Under the pieces are notes generated by a model. It made no database searches. It saw nothing but the letters and a program-made list of their open reading frames with translations, and was not told the DNA's origin. A stretch of 63,148 nucleotides of DNA, filler included, from Intoshia linei (lineage: Eukaryota > Animalia > Orthonectida), in the NCBI GenBank assembly GCA_001642005.1. It is 6 parts of 6 records of this genome, joined end to end, with 100 filler letters (N's around TTAATTAATTAA, not from the genome) between each part and the next. Parts side by side here need not be neighbours in the genome. Positions count along the whole stretch, not along the records: positions 8,444 to 37,153 come from LWCA01000410.1; 5 more parts are not named here. One strand, written 5' to 3'. Below are positions 23,428-36,708 of this stretch, one piece after another. The position numbers and the translations under genes were made by a program. Every line of letters begins with the position of its first letter. The first letter of the stretch is position 1.

Positions 23428-26400
23428 TGAGTAATAAAGAAAATTTGCTACGAAATAATCGTGAATTGGCTAAAACATTAGCATTAGCTCACCAAAACAA
23501 TAATATACTAAAACAGACAGCTTTAAACCTCGTAAATGGAAGAATGAATAGTAGAATCCAATACAACAATTTCCGAAAAACCAAAGTTGGAGAAATTAAA
23601 GAATTTACTGTATTTTATTAACTTTTTAAATTCTAAATTCTATTAGAAAGATTTAAAAAAATTTAAAATCAAGTTGATTAAGGATATTACTACTGTATTT
23701 ACTGATATGGAAATTAGACTACAACAGATAAAAGGATCGATTGAATCTGAATATGATACAAATAGTTTCAACCATTCTGATGATAATCTTTCAAGTCAAC
23801 AGCCTATTGAAGTAATATTAGTTGTAATTTTGATATTTATAGATTACATTCTTTTATTTTGAGAGACATGAATGTGATGCATTAAATTAACGTTTAATCA
23901 AATGAAACTTTATAAAATTAATATCGGTTAATGAATGTTTCACTAAAATTTCAAGTAAAAAGCATAAAATACCTAATGTAACCGATATCGATAATGATTT
24001 GCATGGAAAACCATTTATCATTTTTTAACCATTTTAGACTGGGTCGAGCCGAGAGCGTACTGAGTTTTATAAATTCAGAACTGTTTTTCATTACTCTTAT
24101 TAAATTTGATGTTACGCTGTGGCCATTGATCAATACAATGTATATTGTGATGTCAATATGATGAAACAATATGTCATATTGTATACTATCCCAGTGGTTC
24201 CCAAAAAAATATATTGACGGCCCCCCTCACAGTATACAAATATTTTTAGAAAGGATAAATTAGTGCAAACTTTTATTAAACCATAAATCAAATCTCGTAA
24301 GGGTTAATATTATTTACATGTTATCTTAACTTTATTATAATCCTAAATTAATCCGAATTTCAAGAATATATTAATAAAATATCAAATGCTAAATCAAATT
24401 AATGTTAACAATTCTAATTTAATTTTAAAAATTGTCTTAAATTTGCGGCCCCCCGAAGACTCTGTAGGCGCCTGGTGGGGCCAAGCCCCCATTTTGGAAC
24501 CACTGTACTATCCTATATTTTTTATAGCTTGTTGTGTACTTATTAAAGTTACCAAGTTGTTTGTATAGTACTTATTAATTATTAGGAATCAAGATTTAGT
24601 AGCTTTACCAATTCATTTTGTGATATGGATCTATTATCTATTGGTGAACTACCCAAAACAATTGACAATGTATATGTAAAATCTGAAAACAATATTTGTC
24701 AACTGATTAAAGAAGAATCACCTCAAAGAATCATTTTACCGTCGAAACTAATAGATTCAAACGGTGATAAATCTCCAATAATTGATGATGTTTTTATTAT
24801 GCGACTAAATTCTCCAATAAGTTTTAAAAATACGTAATATATAATATGTAATATAGAAATATTTTGTATTTTTTATAATACTATTAGAGCCCTAAACGGG
24901 TGTTATTTTCTAGTTCTAATTAGTTCGTAAAATGTACAAGGATCACAGGCTTACTCGTACCCGTTCTAGGCTCTCAATACTATCCATTATATGTATTATC
25001 AAAATATTGCAATGTATTAATCATCAAGTATGATTATAATACATAATTTATCGTCACATTTTTAAGTTTATTTTTTTTCAACTTAATTTGCACAAAATAA
25101 AAAACAAGAGACTCAATAAACGAAAAGCGTAAAAATAGTTCATATAATGGAGGCTGCATAAAAAATATATCTAGGGATGACTGAATTATTTTGAACACTA
25201 AATTATAGTTTTTGTAAAATTTTTTATTTTACGTCTTAACAATTTCTAGATATTACGGTATCATAAATGACAAATTTTATATAAAACTAGGTTGAATTTT
25301 ATGTACTACATACAAACAACACCTACCTCTGCTGAGGGCTGACTTTTTTAATTCTACCCAACCAAATAAATTCAATAATAAAATCTAACTTAAAAATGCT
25401 ATATTCACTATTATCAATCTTTTAAGGAGTGATTTTAAACTTTAAACTTTTTAAAAATAAAAAAAAGTATGCGTAGACCGTTCAATTCACATTGTTTTGT
25501 TGAAATTGTAGGATTAATATACTTTTCATTTTTAATTTTAATCTAACATTTGAAAAATAACACTAAACGCTGAAAAAAATTTCTGCTTAAAAATAAAATA
25601 ATATGCAAATATGAATTTTATTTTTTACATTCCTGAAAAAATTTTAAAAATGTATCTCGTAGTTAAAGGATTAATTAATATTTAAATATTAATATTAATA
25701 AATGTCATGTATGTCAGACATTCTCAACCCTTTTTCGCTGTGGACCCCCAAAAAAATTAATAGTAATGACAATTTTTAATGAATCATTACATTTGGGTGA
25801 AACGAATGATGGTCAAAAGACATAGAGTATTCTATTTTTGCTAGGTGATAAACTGGAAAAACTGGTGAAAAAATGGAACATGTTTTTCAGGTATTGTCAG
25901 GCACCCCGTTGAAAATTGCTGATGTATGTAGTTACATATATCTAAACTAATATATAAAGTTGATTCACTTTTAAATGAATGACCATTATTGTATAAAATG
26001 AAAAAAATCTTACTTTATCAAATGTGAATCATTTTGTGTTAAAGTTCAAAAAATGTATAAATGTGTAATTGACATGTTAAATTTTGCCCTTTTTTTTAAA
26101 AATAAGTTCATAATTAAAACTTNAATATGAATTTTATTTTTTACATTCCTGAAAAAATTTTAAAAATGTATCTCGTAGTTAAAGGATTAATTAATATTTA
26201 AATATTAATATTAATAACAGTCATTTATGTAGTTACATATATAACTAAACTAATATATAAATTTGATTCACTTATAAATGAATGACCATTATTGTATAAA
26301 ATCAAATAATTATTGTCTAATTTGTGACTTACGTCTATAAATTCAAAAAAATCTTAATTTATCAAATGTGAACCATTTCGTATTAAAGTTAAAAAAATGT

Positions 26401-29400
26401 ATACATGCGTTATGATTATTCTTTATGGTGAATTTCAAATTTTGTATATTTTTTAATTATTAAAACTTAATTTAAAAAAAATCTGGATGATGAATAATTC
26501 TGTGTCATGGGATTGTATTTGCATCTTCTCGTGTAGATTATACTGTAAAAAAATATCCCCGAAATTCTTTAAAAAACATGATTAGGGTAAATTTTGCCTT
26601 TTTTTTAAAGATAATTTCATAATTAAAATTTTTATAGTTTTATTAGATTCATCATTTTTAATTATGTATTTAAAAAATATTAGTTACCCAAAATAGTTCA
26701 CTTAATGATTTAAAATATGCAATAATCCTTTGTATAAAATAATAATATGATATTATTACGGTAACTAGGATATCACTACTAGAATTACTATTATTACATA
26801 CTAGAAATCATTGATAACTAATCAATTATTTTGTTTTCTAAAATTTTTAAAGCACAACCAAATTTTCACAAGCCCCACCGGTGGGGCGTGCGCTCCACGT
26901 TGGGAATCACTGATGTATTCTGTAATTTTATCAATTAAGAATTGACAATTATGAATGTATTAATATAAAAAGAGTACACAATATAACGTATATAACGTGT
27001 ACATTGTACACGGTACAATTATATGTACATTATGTGTAATATATAATATATTATAATAGGAAAAAAAAGAAACGCCGCCGTAGTACATTGATGAAAATAG
27101 AATCAAAACTAGACCAACCATATTGGTAATTTATTGATAATAAATATATACTACCTTGATACATGTATAAAGGTATAAAATGTATACCAATATTATACAT
27201 ATACATTGTATATATCAGTGATCCTTAAAATGTAAGTTATGTCATCTACATGTTCATGTAGTAAAAAAATTTATTGAAAAATCAGGGTTAGCCTAGTTGT
27301 TTCGTATTTAAAGCAAAATTCCTTTTAAAATCGAAAACGGGCTTTTTGACCCGTAAGATGTGAGTTTGGGAGGTTGAAATTTATTTTGCTAACACCCTGG
27401 AAAAACTGTAATTGAAATGTGGACTTTATAAAATTCTAAAACTGGTAGTTATTGGAATAAACAGCAACACAAACACAAAGACACACAAACAAATATTGCG
27501 TAGCATATTATATAAGTAAGGATTTGTGATTTTACCAGAGGCGCACAACAGGTTATCTACTCTAATATAATCTGCTGATTTCATAAAAATTTTGTAAAAA
27601 AATTATTATATAAAATTATTTTGTATTTTTATAAAATGCAGAAGACTGTAGTACATCTTAGTGTATCTAAAAAAATGTTTTTCAAAAAATCAAAATATAT
27701 CGCGTTACCAGAAACTTTTTTCTTGTACAAGTTAAATATATATTTTAAATTATGAATACTACCAACTTAACAAATATAAGCATAGGTAGATTCTGTCTTC
27801 AAATTTTAGTAGAATTTATTTTAATTAATGAATATATTAATTTAGTCAATCTGAAAAAGATAATACCTCCATTTTGAAGCTAAAAAATAATATTTCGGAA
27901 TCAGTGGAAAAGATTAAAAAGGTGGATTGTGTGAATAATGTAAAAAAAATTGATAATTGTAAAACAATACAGAAGAATAATAATAATATCCAATCTGACA
28001 CCAATACCGACTCAAAAAAGTATTTTTAACATAATTATCGTGAAATTGAAACAAAATTATAAATTTGTATTTGTATTTGCAAAAAATCTTTGTTTATTAG
28101 GGGGTTGACATTTTTCTAAAAAAATCAAGGTTAAAAAAGATGATAAATAAAAATCATACTCTTATGCTACAATTTGTTATGTTAATTTTTAAAAACCTTG
28201 GATTATTCGTAGGAAATAGTTTTTATACATAAAATAGGGCCTTATTTTTCTAAAGTTAGCATTAAAAAACTATATTCTTAAATATTATGCATCAAGGGCA
28301 TTATAGAAGTGACTAGTAGCCTACTAATATTACTGTTATATGTATATCCCTATATATTATACGGGCCCAAGTAAATTTTCAAAATATTAAAATGTAATTT
28401 GAATACATTGATATTCTTTTAATAAATTAAAGTTTCCTTAAATAACTCATCAGGAATCCAACTCATATTAAATTTAAATGGATCAATTATAATTATCCAC
28501 CCTTCGATATTCAATTTTTTGAATGAAAAATAGTTTTGAAAGACGTTGAATGCTTCAAAAAGAATAACTATGTTCCATTTTATCTTTTTTAAGAAAATCG
28601 AAAAATTTTTACACAAATTGTAAATAAATAATGGAAAATTAACTGCATTATTCACCTCAATACCTCAATATAAAATGAAATTAATGAAAACATTAATATT
28701 TTCAAAGAAATATACAAAATCGATTATATGAAATTGATTGTGAGTGTGAGTGACAAAAAGTTTATAAGATTAAGATAACGCGTAAAATAATATTCTCTAG
28801 AGATGATTATGATTGAATTTTTTAAATTTTAAAATAAGGGTTGTGAATAATTTGATTTCTTATTATTTCAGTTATAGCGTAATAATAATTTGTTTAATAT
28901 TTTCGGCAGAACTAATAACTGATCCCAAAATTTTCAAATTGTTTCGATAAAATATAAATTCAATATCTCGTGTAGTCACCTACCAAGCTTGGTGACCAAA
29001 AATTAAAAATAACCCCAAAATGTTTGCAAACGATGCGTAGTGTCATTTGGCCCATAGCCACCTATCCAAGATTTTTGACTTGACATTTTAAATTTAGCGT
29101 ACACAATAAATTGATAATAGTTATTATAATCAAGAATATAATTTTTGTAATGCTCAATTTGGAAAAATGATGCCATTTTATAAAAATTTATCGAGCCCAT
29201 ACCCCTCCAAAAAAGGTATCATATATGAAGGGTTCGGCTCTGATCTGGTGGTCAGTAACAGATTATACACCATTTTAAATCAATTAAAACCACTTCTTCC
29301 AAAATTGTTGAAATGGTTAAAAAGTTATCCTTGAATTGTACACAATTGCCCACGAGACCAAACCCACTACTTTTTGAATGGTTTCGAAAAAATTAGATAC

Positions 29401-29806
29401 ATGAATCATGACAATATAAAAATACGTAATTAGATTTTCAATATATCCTAAAATTTGTAAAAATAATTTCCCGATTCTCCTGAGCCTAATGTCTGCTAAA
29501 ATATTTTGCTATATTTTTGTGAAAAATGTAATATTGAATTAAATGTAGTATAAATTAAATGTATGCAAATTTCGTTTATCAATATAATAATCTATATTTA
29601 TCTCTCCCAAATGATTTATGGAATGTTATATCGTATTTTTAGATTAAATCCAAGATCTTTACGTCACGGGAATAATATTAATTATAAAGAACCAAAAATT
29701 AATGGGTAATCTTATTTACATGTTAAAAATGATAATATTCTTGTATAGAAAATACCGATCTAATGAATACAAATCCAAAAAATCTAAACCTCCGAAAAAG
29801 AAATAA
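23428..29806 (+). CDS. SGO1: Shugoshin-like protein; exons ~23428-23586, 23648-23811, 24587-24834, 27060-27125, 27846-28020, 29643-29705, 29749-29806; start exon unresolved
   Basis: N-terminal coiled coil LLRNNRELAKTLALAHQ; C-terminal basic SGO motif RSLRHGNNINYKEPKING|KYRS assembled across a 43-bp intron. The middle exons are low-complexity and less certain. Confidence 0.75.
24192..24505. mobile_element. hAT MITE in a shugoshin intron
   Basis: TIRs CAGTGGTTCCCAAA / TTTGGAACCACTG; perfect TSD tactatcc. Confidence 0.92.
24882..24979. repeat. ~100-bp inverted-repeat element (mini-MITE)
   Basis: TATTAGAGCCCTAAACGGGT versus ACCCGTTCTAGGCTCTCAATA. Confidence 0.6.
25287..25570 (-). mobile_element. 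Helitron 3' end fragment
   Basis: Minus strand GCCCTCAGCAGAGGTAGGTGTTGTTTGTATGTAGTACATAAAATTCAACCTAG|T. Confidence 0.75.
25715..25921. mobile_element. hAT MITE inserted into another repeat
   Basis: CAGACATTCTCAAC / GTTGAAAATTGCTG; perfect TSD atgtatgt; empty-site copy at ~26222. Confidence 0.9.
27340..27522 (-). mobile_element. Helitron 5' end fragment
   Basis: Reverse complement of ATCCTTACTTATATAATATGC..TTTGTTTGTGTGTC.. Confidence 0.85.
28419..28655 (-). pseudogene. Possible decayed Buster-type hAT transposase C-terminal fragment
   Basis: FQNYF...WII..DPF......IPDEL resembles the WI.NPF region of Buster/ZBED8-type transposases; weak match. Confidence 0.35.
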
Positions 29807-30070
29807 CAAATGTAAATATTAAATTTTGCAATAAATGTACTACAATTTGTACAATGTATTGAAAATATTTTTTAAATTATACAACTCTTTCAAATAATAC
29901 ACGAAACCAAATCTTTTAAATGTAAATGTATAATCATTGATATTTTAAAAAGATAAAATGACTCAATTTTGCAAAATTTCAAAAACTATCATAATTATTA
30001 TAATAAAACAAAAAATTTTAAATAATTAAAATGATAAATTAAATGATATGATAATTAAAAATCTATTTTA

Positions 30071-30610
30071 TTAAATACTAAATTTCTTAATATTTAAATA
30101 TTGACAAGTTTTTTCAATTTCCAGGAAATCAATAATTTTGATCCATAGATACGGGCAAGCATAATTGGATACACTGCCACATGTGCTCTGTGATACTATG
30201 ATCTGATAAACACATTGTACCACTAGCATTGAAATTACCAGTTTATAGTAAACAATACTTGTTTCAGAATTGATTATAAAACATTTTTCAAGACGCAATT
30301 TTGAGGTAATTTTGCCCGGTTATAATTTTATTAACCCAATTGTTTCATTATAAATTGTTTTGGGGAAACTCGAGTTTCATTACATCTGCTAATCAAGTAT
30401 TAGTTTCAATAGAAAATAATTTGGTACAGGCACTAAAAGCAAATGTTTTATTGCTTTGTGAAAATTAGTTTTCTAGACACACAAGTCAAGATATTGGTAG
30501 TAAACACTGCAAGCTGGTAAATAACAGAAATAATATATTCGCCAAAATTGTTGTTGGTACTGTTTTTAAATTATCAATTTCATAGCAGTGGAATGGTATC
30601 TAATGTTTGT
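30071..30610 (-). other. Coding-like segment with hydrophobic and Cys-containing stretches; unidentified, possibly a pseudogene
   Basis: 75-aa ORF (YYKLVISMLVVQCVYQIIVSQSTCGSVSNYACPYLW) plus upstream interrupted frames (TILANILFLLFTSLQCLLP); no family recognised. Confidence 0.25.
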
Positions 30611-31679
30611 CTAAAACAAAATTGAAAAGGTTTTACATTTTAGAAATTTTACCCCATATATAGTTAATATTTGAGGTAATTGTTATCTTGTTGATTATAA
30701 TTATGCCTTATGCATTTATGAACTACCATTTATCTAATTTTTTAAATTTTCTACATTTTAGTTATTTTTGGTAAAATTTAAATTGCGCCAAATTCGTTTT
30801 TTACAAACAGGTAATATGGTATCATAGTATCTGGTTGATAAGCAATATGCGCCATCTGTTATTATTTAGTACCAGGTAATTTGGAATTTGATGTGAAAAC
30901 ATTTATTTTCAATTCTACATAAAATTATCAACGAAATTTAAGAAACTGAAACTGAAAATCTAAGTTTTATTTAATGAGTCGTATTCTTAATCATTTTAGC
31001 AATTTAATAGGTAATATTAGACATTATTATATATTATATATTTATCATTTTAACGCATAATATTTTTGAATTTTTCTAAATTTTAAACTAAACATTTAAT
31101 TTTAACATGACATTCTATCAAGATATTTTGAAAATGGTTAGGTGCATATCGATTGAAATTTCCAGTGGATGAATAATTATAATCAATTTAATTAATTAGT
31201 CCATGCTCCACAAATACAGGCAGATGAGTTTAGGAAATTAATCATAGTGCACAATGTATTTAAATTGGTCAGTAAACACAATGGACGATTGAGAGAGTGA
31301 TCATAGTATATTATTATATACTCATATTAGTCAGTGGATTTAACTGGTCTGGTATCATCAGTTGGTATACTGGTAAACAATCAAGACTAATATTAGTATT
31401 TTCGTAATTATCATAAATAATTAATTAAGGAAGTCATAACAATACTGTATTTAATGGTATCAATGCACATCATTCGAGCAGTACAAGTAAGTATTGTATT
31501 CTCAGTGCAAGCTGGTATTTTTTCCGCTAATAACTGAGGACTTATGTGTATAACAACCCAATTGTTTGCACGCTATCGTTTTACAACTTTCATTTTAATT
31601 TTACTTTACGGTTGTAGATTTGATTTTTCTCAATTTATGGTTTATTATAATTTATATATTCATCTAAATAATTTTATAG

Positions 31680-32990
31680 ATGAACACACGGGCACTTGAT
31701 GATTTGAGATGTGCTATTTTAAATATATTCAAAGATTATTTACCGCAAAGTAAAAAAATTGAATTGATTGGAGTCATTTCCTTTGTTGTGGATAGAAATA
31801 CGGAACTTTTCGTAAAATTCAATGATACATTAGGTAAATTTTTAATATTTTATTGAAATTATAATGATATTTTAGACAAGCAAGATACTAAACATTACAT
31901 TTCCCAATATACTGGTCACATGAATGGTGTAAAAGACAAATCAAATAATCGACGGAAAGGTAGTTTACCGGTTAAATTTTTAAACTCCTTTTACATACCT
32001 ACCAATGTGATCAAAGATAATGAATTGACGAAAAATCAATTTACTCCGAAATACTCTCATTTTGAGATAATAAAGACTCCATCTAGCAATGGCAGAATTT
32101 ACCCAAAAATGGAGCCTAAAGCATTACAAAATTTTAACGCAGTTACCCATTCACCCAGATATAAGCAAATTTATACCAAAACAAAAGCTAAACGCCGAAG
32201 AATGACAGACGATCAACTGAATCAAGAAGACATTGGAGAGTATTTGGGAGAGGGTAGTGGAATCAGTTCAAAAATCTGTTGCACCACATGTAAAGTTGTA
32301 ATTGACGATGTTAGCTCCTATTTCAAGCATTCTGTAGAAAACCACGAATCTTATATATGCCATAGTTGCTCCAAGAGTTTTACTACAAAGAGCAGTTTAC
32401 TTAGACATCGACCAATTCACACTGGATTACGTCGATTCGCGTGCAAATTTTGCGAAAAAAGTTTTTATAGAAGAGATAAGTGCAAAACTCATATTAAACG
32501 GCACCTCTCTCCATCAATGCACAATTCTGTCCATGTAGATGAATTTAACAGTGTCGGGATACCAACAGTAATCAAATCTACCAATGAAAACGGAAATAAT
32601 TTTTATGATATTCAATTTAAACATAAAGAATTGACATGTCCCTGTACTATCAATACCAATACGTCTGTACAAAATAGTTCGTTTTGTTCTACATACTCGC
32701 AAGAAAATTCACAGCCAATTAAAAACAAATTTCCCGAAATTTTCATTAATACTCCAGTCCAAATTCCAGCAATCGTTCAACCGCCATTTCCCGACAAAGA
32801 AGAGATCTCTGGAGGTAGAGACATTACTGTACAGGAACCTATATGTGAACAACTCGGTGAAATTTCGCATTTAACAAAAAATTTATTAAATTTCACCAAA
32901 AATGAGGCAAATTTCAAATCAAAAAAAGATATCCTCCCATTAGACCCACTTTACGCAAATAATGATTTACCTAACGCTCTTGATGTTTAA
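31680..32990 (+). CDS. C2H2 zinc-finger transcription factor; exons 31680-31833 and 31876-32990
   Basis: Fingers CTTC..HSVENH, CHSCSKSF..SLLRHRPIH, TGLRRF linker, CKFCEKSF..HIKRH. The upstream exon MNTRALDDLRCAIL... splices in frame over a 42-bp GT-AG intron. Confidence 0.92.
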
Positions 32991-33763
32991 TTTTACTAGT
33001 TTCTATACTGTACATCAATTCATTTTATTGTTATATATTAAATTGTTATCTTGTTGTATATCGTATATTGATTCCTTTCACATTGTCAAGATTTGTTACA
33101 GGTTTTAAAACATTATAAGCATTGATTTTCGATATATTTTAAAATGAAATTACCATAAAACCAATTTACACCTATAACTATGGGTGGTAGATTTAAATGA
33201 ATAAAATTTGTCTTATATAAAAATTAATCACTAGAACCAGCAAAAAATATAGACAAATATCCTTAACTATATAAAGTAAAAATTTTTAAATATGTGTAGC
33301 CATTTATTTAGAAAACTCCCAGAAATTTCAGAAAGTCTAATTATAAAACCTTTTTTACGGGGCAGAAAGTAAAAAATCCAAATTGCCCCATTTTTTTTTT
33401 AAAATTAAAGGTTCTTAATTTTAAAAAACACAAATTATAATACAATTTTTCAAGACTAATGCTATTTCAAAATTACTGAAATTTGCATCTTCATGGTCAA
33501 AACTACAATTTAGCCATTGATCTACATCCAGTTGTAAAGCTGGTAGATAATGTGTAGAAATATCCACCTTCGGCAGAGCTAGCTACCGTTTGTGTGAATA
33601 ACATACCAGCCAATCTTTTATATCATACATGTAATTGTAAATATTGTATTTATTAATCAGTGACAGCTGCTTGAAAAATAATCTATTGTTCGATCATCAG
33701 TGACTTAAAACTAATAAACAAAATATTATCTTAAACAATAACTACATGTATTCAACACTTTAA

Positions 33764-35481
33764 TCCTAACTTATATAATATGCGACGCAATTTTTGTTTA
33801 TGTGTCTGTGTGTCCTACTTTATTGAAATAACTAGCGCTCTTAGAATTTTTTAAAGACCACATTTCAATTACAGTTTTTTCTGGGACGTATAATAAGATA
33901 AATTTCAATCCTCCAATTTTACATCTTACAGGTCAAACCCTGTTGTCTCTCTTTTTGAAGAGCAAACGAGTTGGAGAATTTAAAAAAATATATCAATTGT
34001 CCTTCTTTTTGAAATCAAACGAGTTGGAGAATTTAAAAAAAGTATAGTTTTTTTCGGGACATATAATAAGATAAATTTCAACCTCCCAATTTCACATCTT
34101 ACGGGTCAAAAACCCCAGTTGTCCTCTTTTTGAAAATCAAACGAGTTAAAGAATTTAAAAAAAATTATATCTTCATGGCCAAAACCCCAAATTCCCTTCC
34201 TTTTTTTTAAAACAGCCCTAGAATCTCAAAAAATTTACAGATGGTAGATTTGTATCATGTTAACACACATAAAAAATTTCAATCCGAATAAGTGACGACT
34301 TCATGGTCAAAAAAGCATTTTAGTATTCATATATTTTTTTTTCGAAATATTTTATTAAAACAAAAAATATGAAATAATTAACGGTCCGAAAATTTAAAAA
34401 AGCATTATTCTGATACAGCTTATTCCAGTTAATATAAATACAAAATTTCAACCCCAGAAATCTACGCATTCATGGTCACAAATAATTTTTAATATATTAT
34501 CAACCAATATTTTTCAAATATTTCGAATTAAAATAAAAATGAAAATGCAAATTGATCCTACAATTTTAAAAATAAAGTAGTATTTTACGTCTACACATTT
34601 CCAATGAAGACATATGAATGAAAATCTATATAATTCATTCCTTCGCAATTTTTAATTTTCATTATCCAAACATATTTTTATAATCTTCAAATTTTAACAC
34701 TACAGCAACGAATTTATAAAATTAAATTTATATTAACTGAAACGTTATTTTTTTAATTGATAATTGTTACAAATTTAACATAAAATGGTAATAAGAAAAG
34801 TAACATTCACAAGAAAAAAGGCAAAAAGTATGGACAAATTTTTAACATCAATCATTTTTATATTACAATCCTTTGCAATAATGGTAAAATTCGACTGAAA
34901 TATTTATAAAGTGAAGATTCAGTTAATTATGTATACACAATTGGTATTTTTAAGTATTTATTAAATTGATACTGAATATATGTCATCACATTGAAAATGA
35001 CAAAATATGTTTTTATAATTTTATTTTTTCTGGAATTTATGCTATTTTGACAAAATTTTTAATGAGTGTTTTTACTTTATTGTTAAGATTATACAACTCA
35101 TTCTGTCTAATAAATTATTGTTTTTACTTTATTTTGAATATTATACACATATTATATTTAATAAATTAAAAAAATGGGATAACAATAGTTTTTAAATTCT
35201 TTACGCAAATGTTAACAAAACAAAGGATTGATAATAGTTAATAGTATAATTTTTAATTTAGATTTTCAACGTGAATTTATTTTTTTGGTATAAAAAAAAA
35301 AGCCCACATCGATAGGAAAAATCTACTAGAAATGAATCCCCTCGTTAAGAATGGAAGTAGGGAAGCCGATAGGCGTTTTAGACATGGTTACGGAGACCCT
35401 TGCATATGAGTGGATCTGGTTATTAAAAGTTTTCGGCAGAGCTAGGTATGGTTTGTACGTAGTACAAAACTGCCAAGCTAG
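33764..35481 (+). mobile_element. Full-length non-autonomous Helitron (~1.7 kb) with an internal duplication and an insert
   Basis: A|TCCTAACTTATATAATATGC start; hairpin TTTGTAC-GTA-GTACAAA at 35452-35468; ends CTAG|T; no TSD. Confidence 0.88.
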
Positions 35482-36708
35482 TACCTTTACAATAGTTGAT
35501 AACAATAGCTTTAAAACAGACTTATTTAGCATATCAGGATTTATTAAATTAAAAATTTTCCAATTAATGGATTATAATTAGGGCGTTTAAAAGTTAATTT
35601 TTTATACGTTAATCAGCATGGAAATAGAAGCATTATGATATCAATGTTATGCATATCAATTAGATAATTAAAATTTGATAAAATTTCAATAGTGCCATTT
35701 TTTGTTAAGATAAATTTAAAATTAGGCTAAATTTTAACAGCAATTATTCGAATTTTAATATATTCTTAAAACAGTAAATTCTGTATAAATTTGTCACCAA
35801 ATAAAATATATTGCGACATAGAAGTTTACATTTGCCAAATTGAAATTTAAGAAAAAATATATACATGTAGGTTACATAAATTTTATTTTTAGATTATATT
35901 TTTTATTTAATGGATTAAAAAAATGGCCCTAGTACATTGAATTGTACTCTGAACTATTTTCATTTTTTAAAAAAGAGTAATATGGGGTGTTTATCGTGAA
36001 AATACACTTTTTTGTGATGTTGTGATCTATAATAATGCTTATAATTTAAAAAAAAATATGACAATGTCTATTTTTTAAAATTCTAGGATATTTCTAGGAA
36101 ATTTTCATATGGAAATAAAAGGATAATTGGTGCTTTTGGTTATAGAGATATAACTTCTTAAAATTGAAATTAATGATAAATTATCATTATCATTGATAAT
36201 CTTAATGATTATAATATCTGTATCAGTATGTATTTTTTTACATTCTACGACTCGTTTGATTTTTAAAAAAAGGATAATTGATGTTTTAAACCGGGAAGCT
36301 GTCAGTTTTTGAAATTGAAAATTATCGCACTTTCTCTTCCAGAAAAAACTGACTGGGATTTGTGTTTGTCAAAATTCTAGGAGTCTTAGTTATTGAAATA
36401 AACGATAACAGACAGACAAACAAAGAGTTTTATCAATAGTCATCAAAAAATAAATATACCATTAAATTGTTAAATGTAACCATATGTATTGTATTCGTAA
36501 TAATAAAATTGTACAATTCTAATTACAAAATGATTTCAAATTATTTAGATAATGAAGGTAATTTATTTTTAATCTTAACCCTTTGAGGAACATTCGTTAT
36601 TTTAAAATGAAACCTGTTATAAAATTTAAATTAAGTTATGTAGAATTGCATTGTATTTATTACACATTTCATTTTTGCACTAATGTATGCTTTCTAGATA
36701 CTTTAATG

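Noticed and set aside
26850-27235. Unpaired hAT-type ends (also 12663, 21914, 42055)
   Set aside because: No partner TIR or TSD could be established, so they are not annotated as elements.
29003-29380. Coding-like minus-strand stretch with a faint WPPRSPDLNP-like trace
   Set aside because: Too decayed to call; possibly an old Tc1/mariner remnant.
33870-34165. Regularly spaced repeats that might suggest a CRISPR-like array
   Set aside because: Internal tandem duplication of a Helitron segment; no unique spacers, no cas genes, eukaryotic context.
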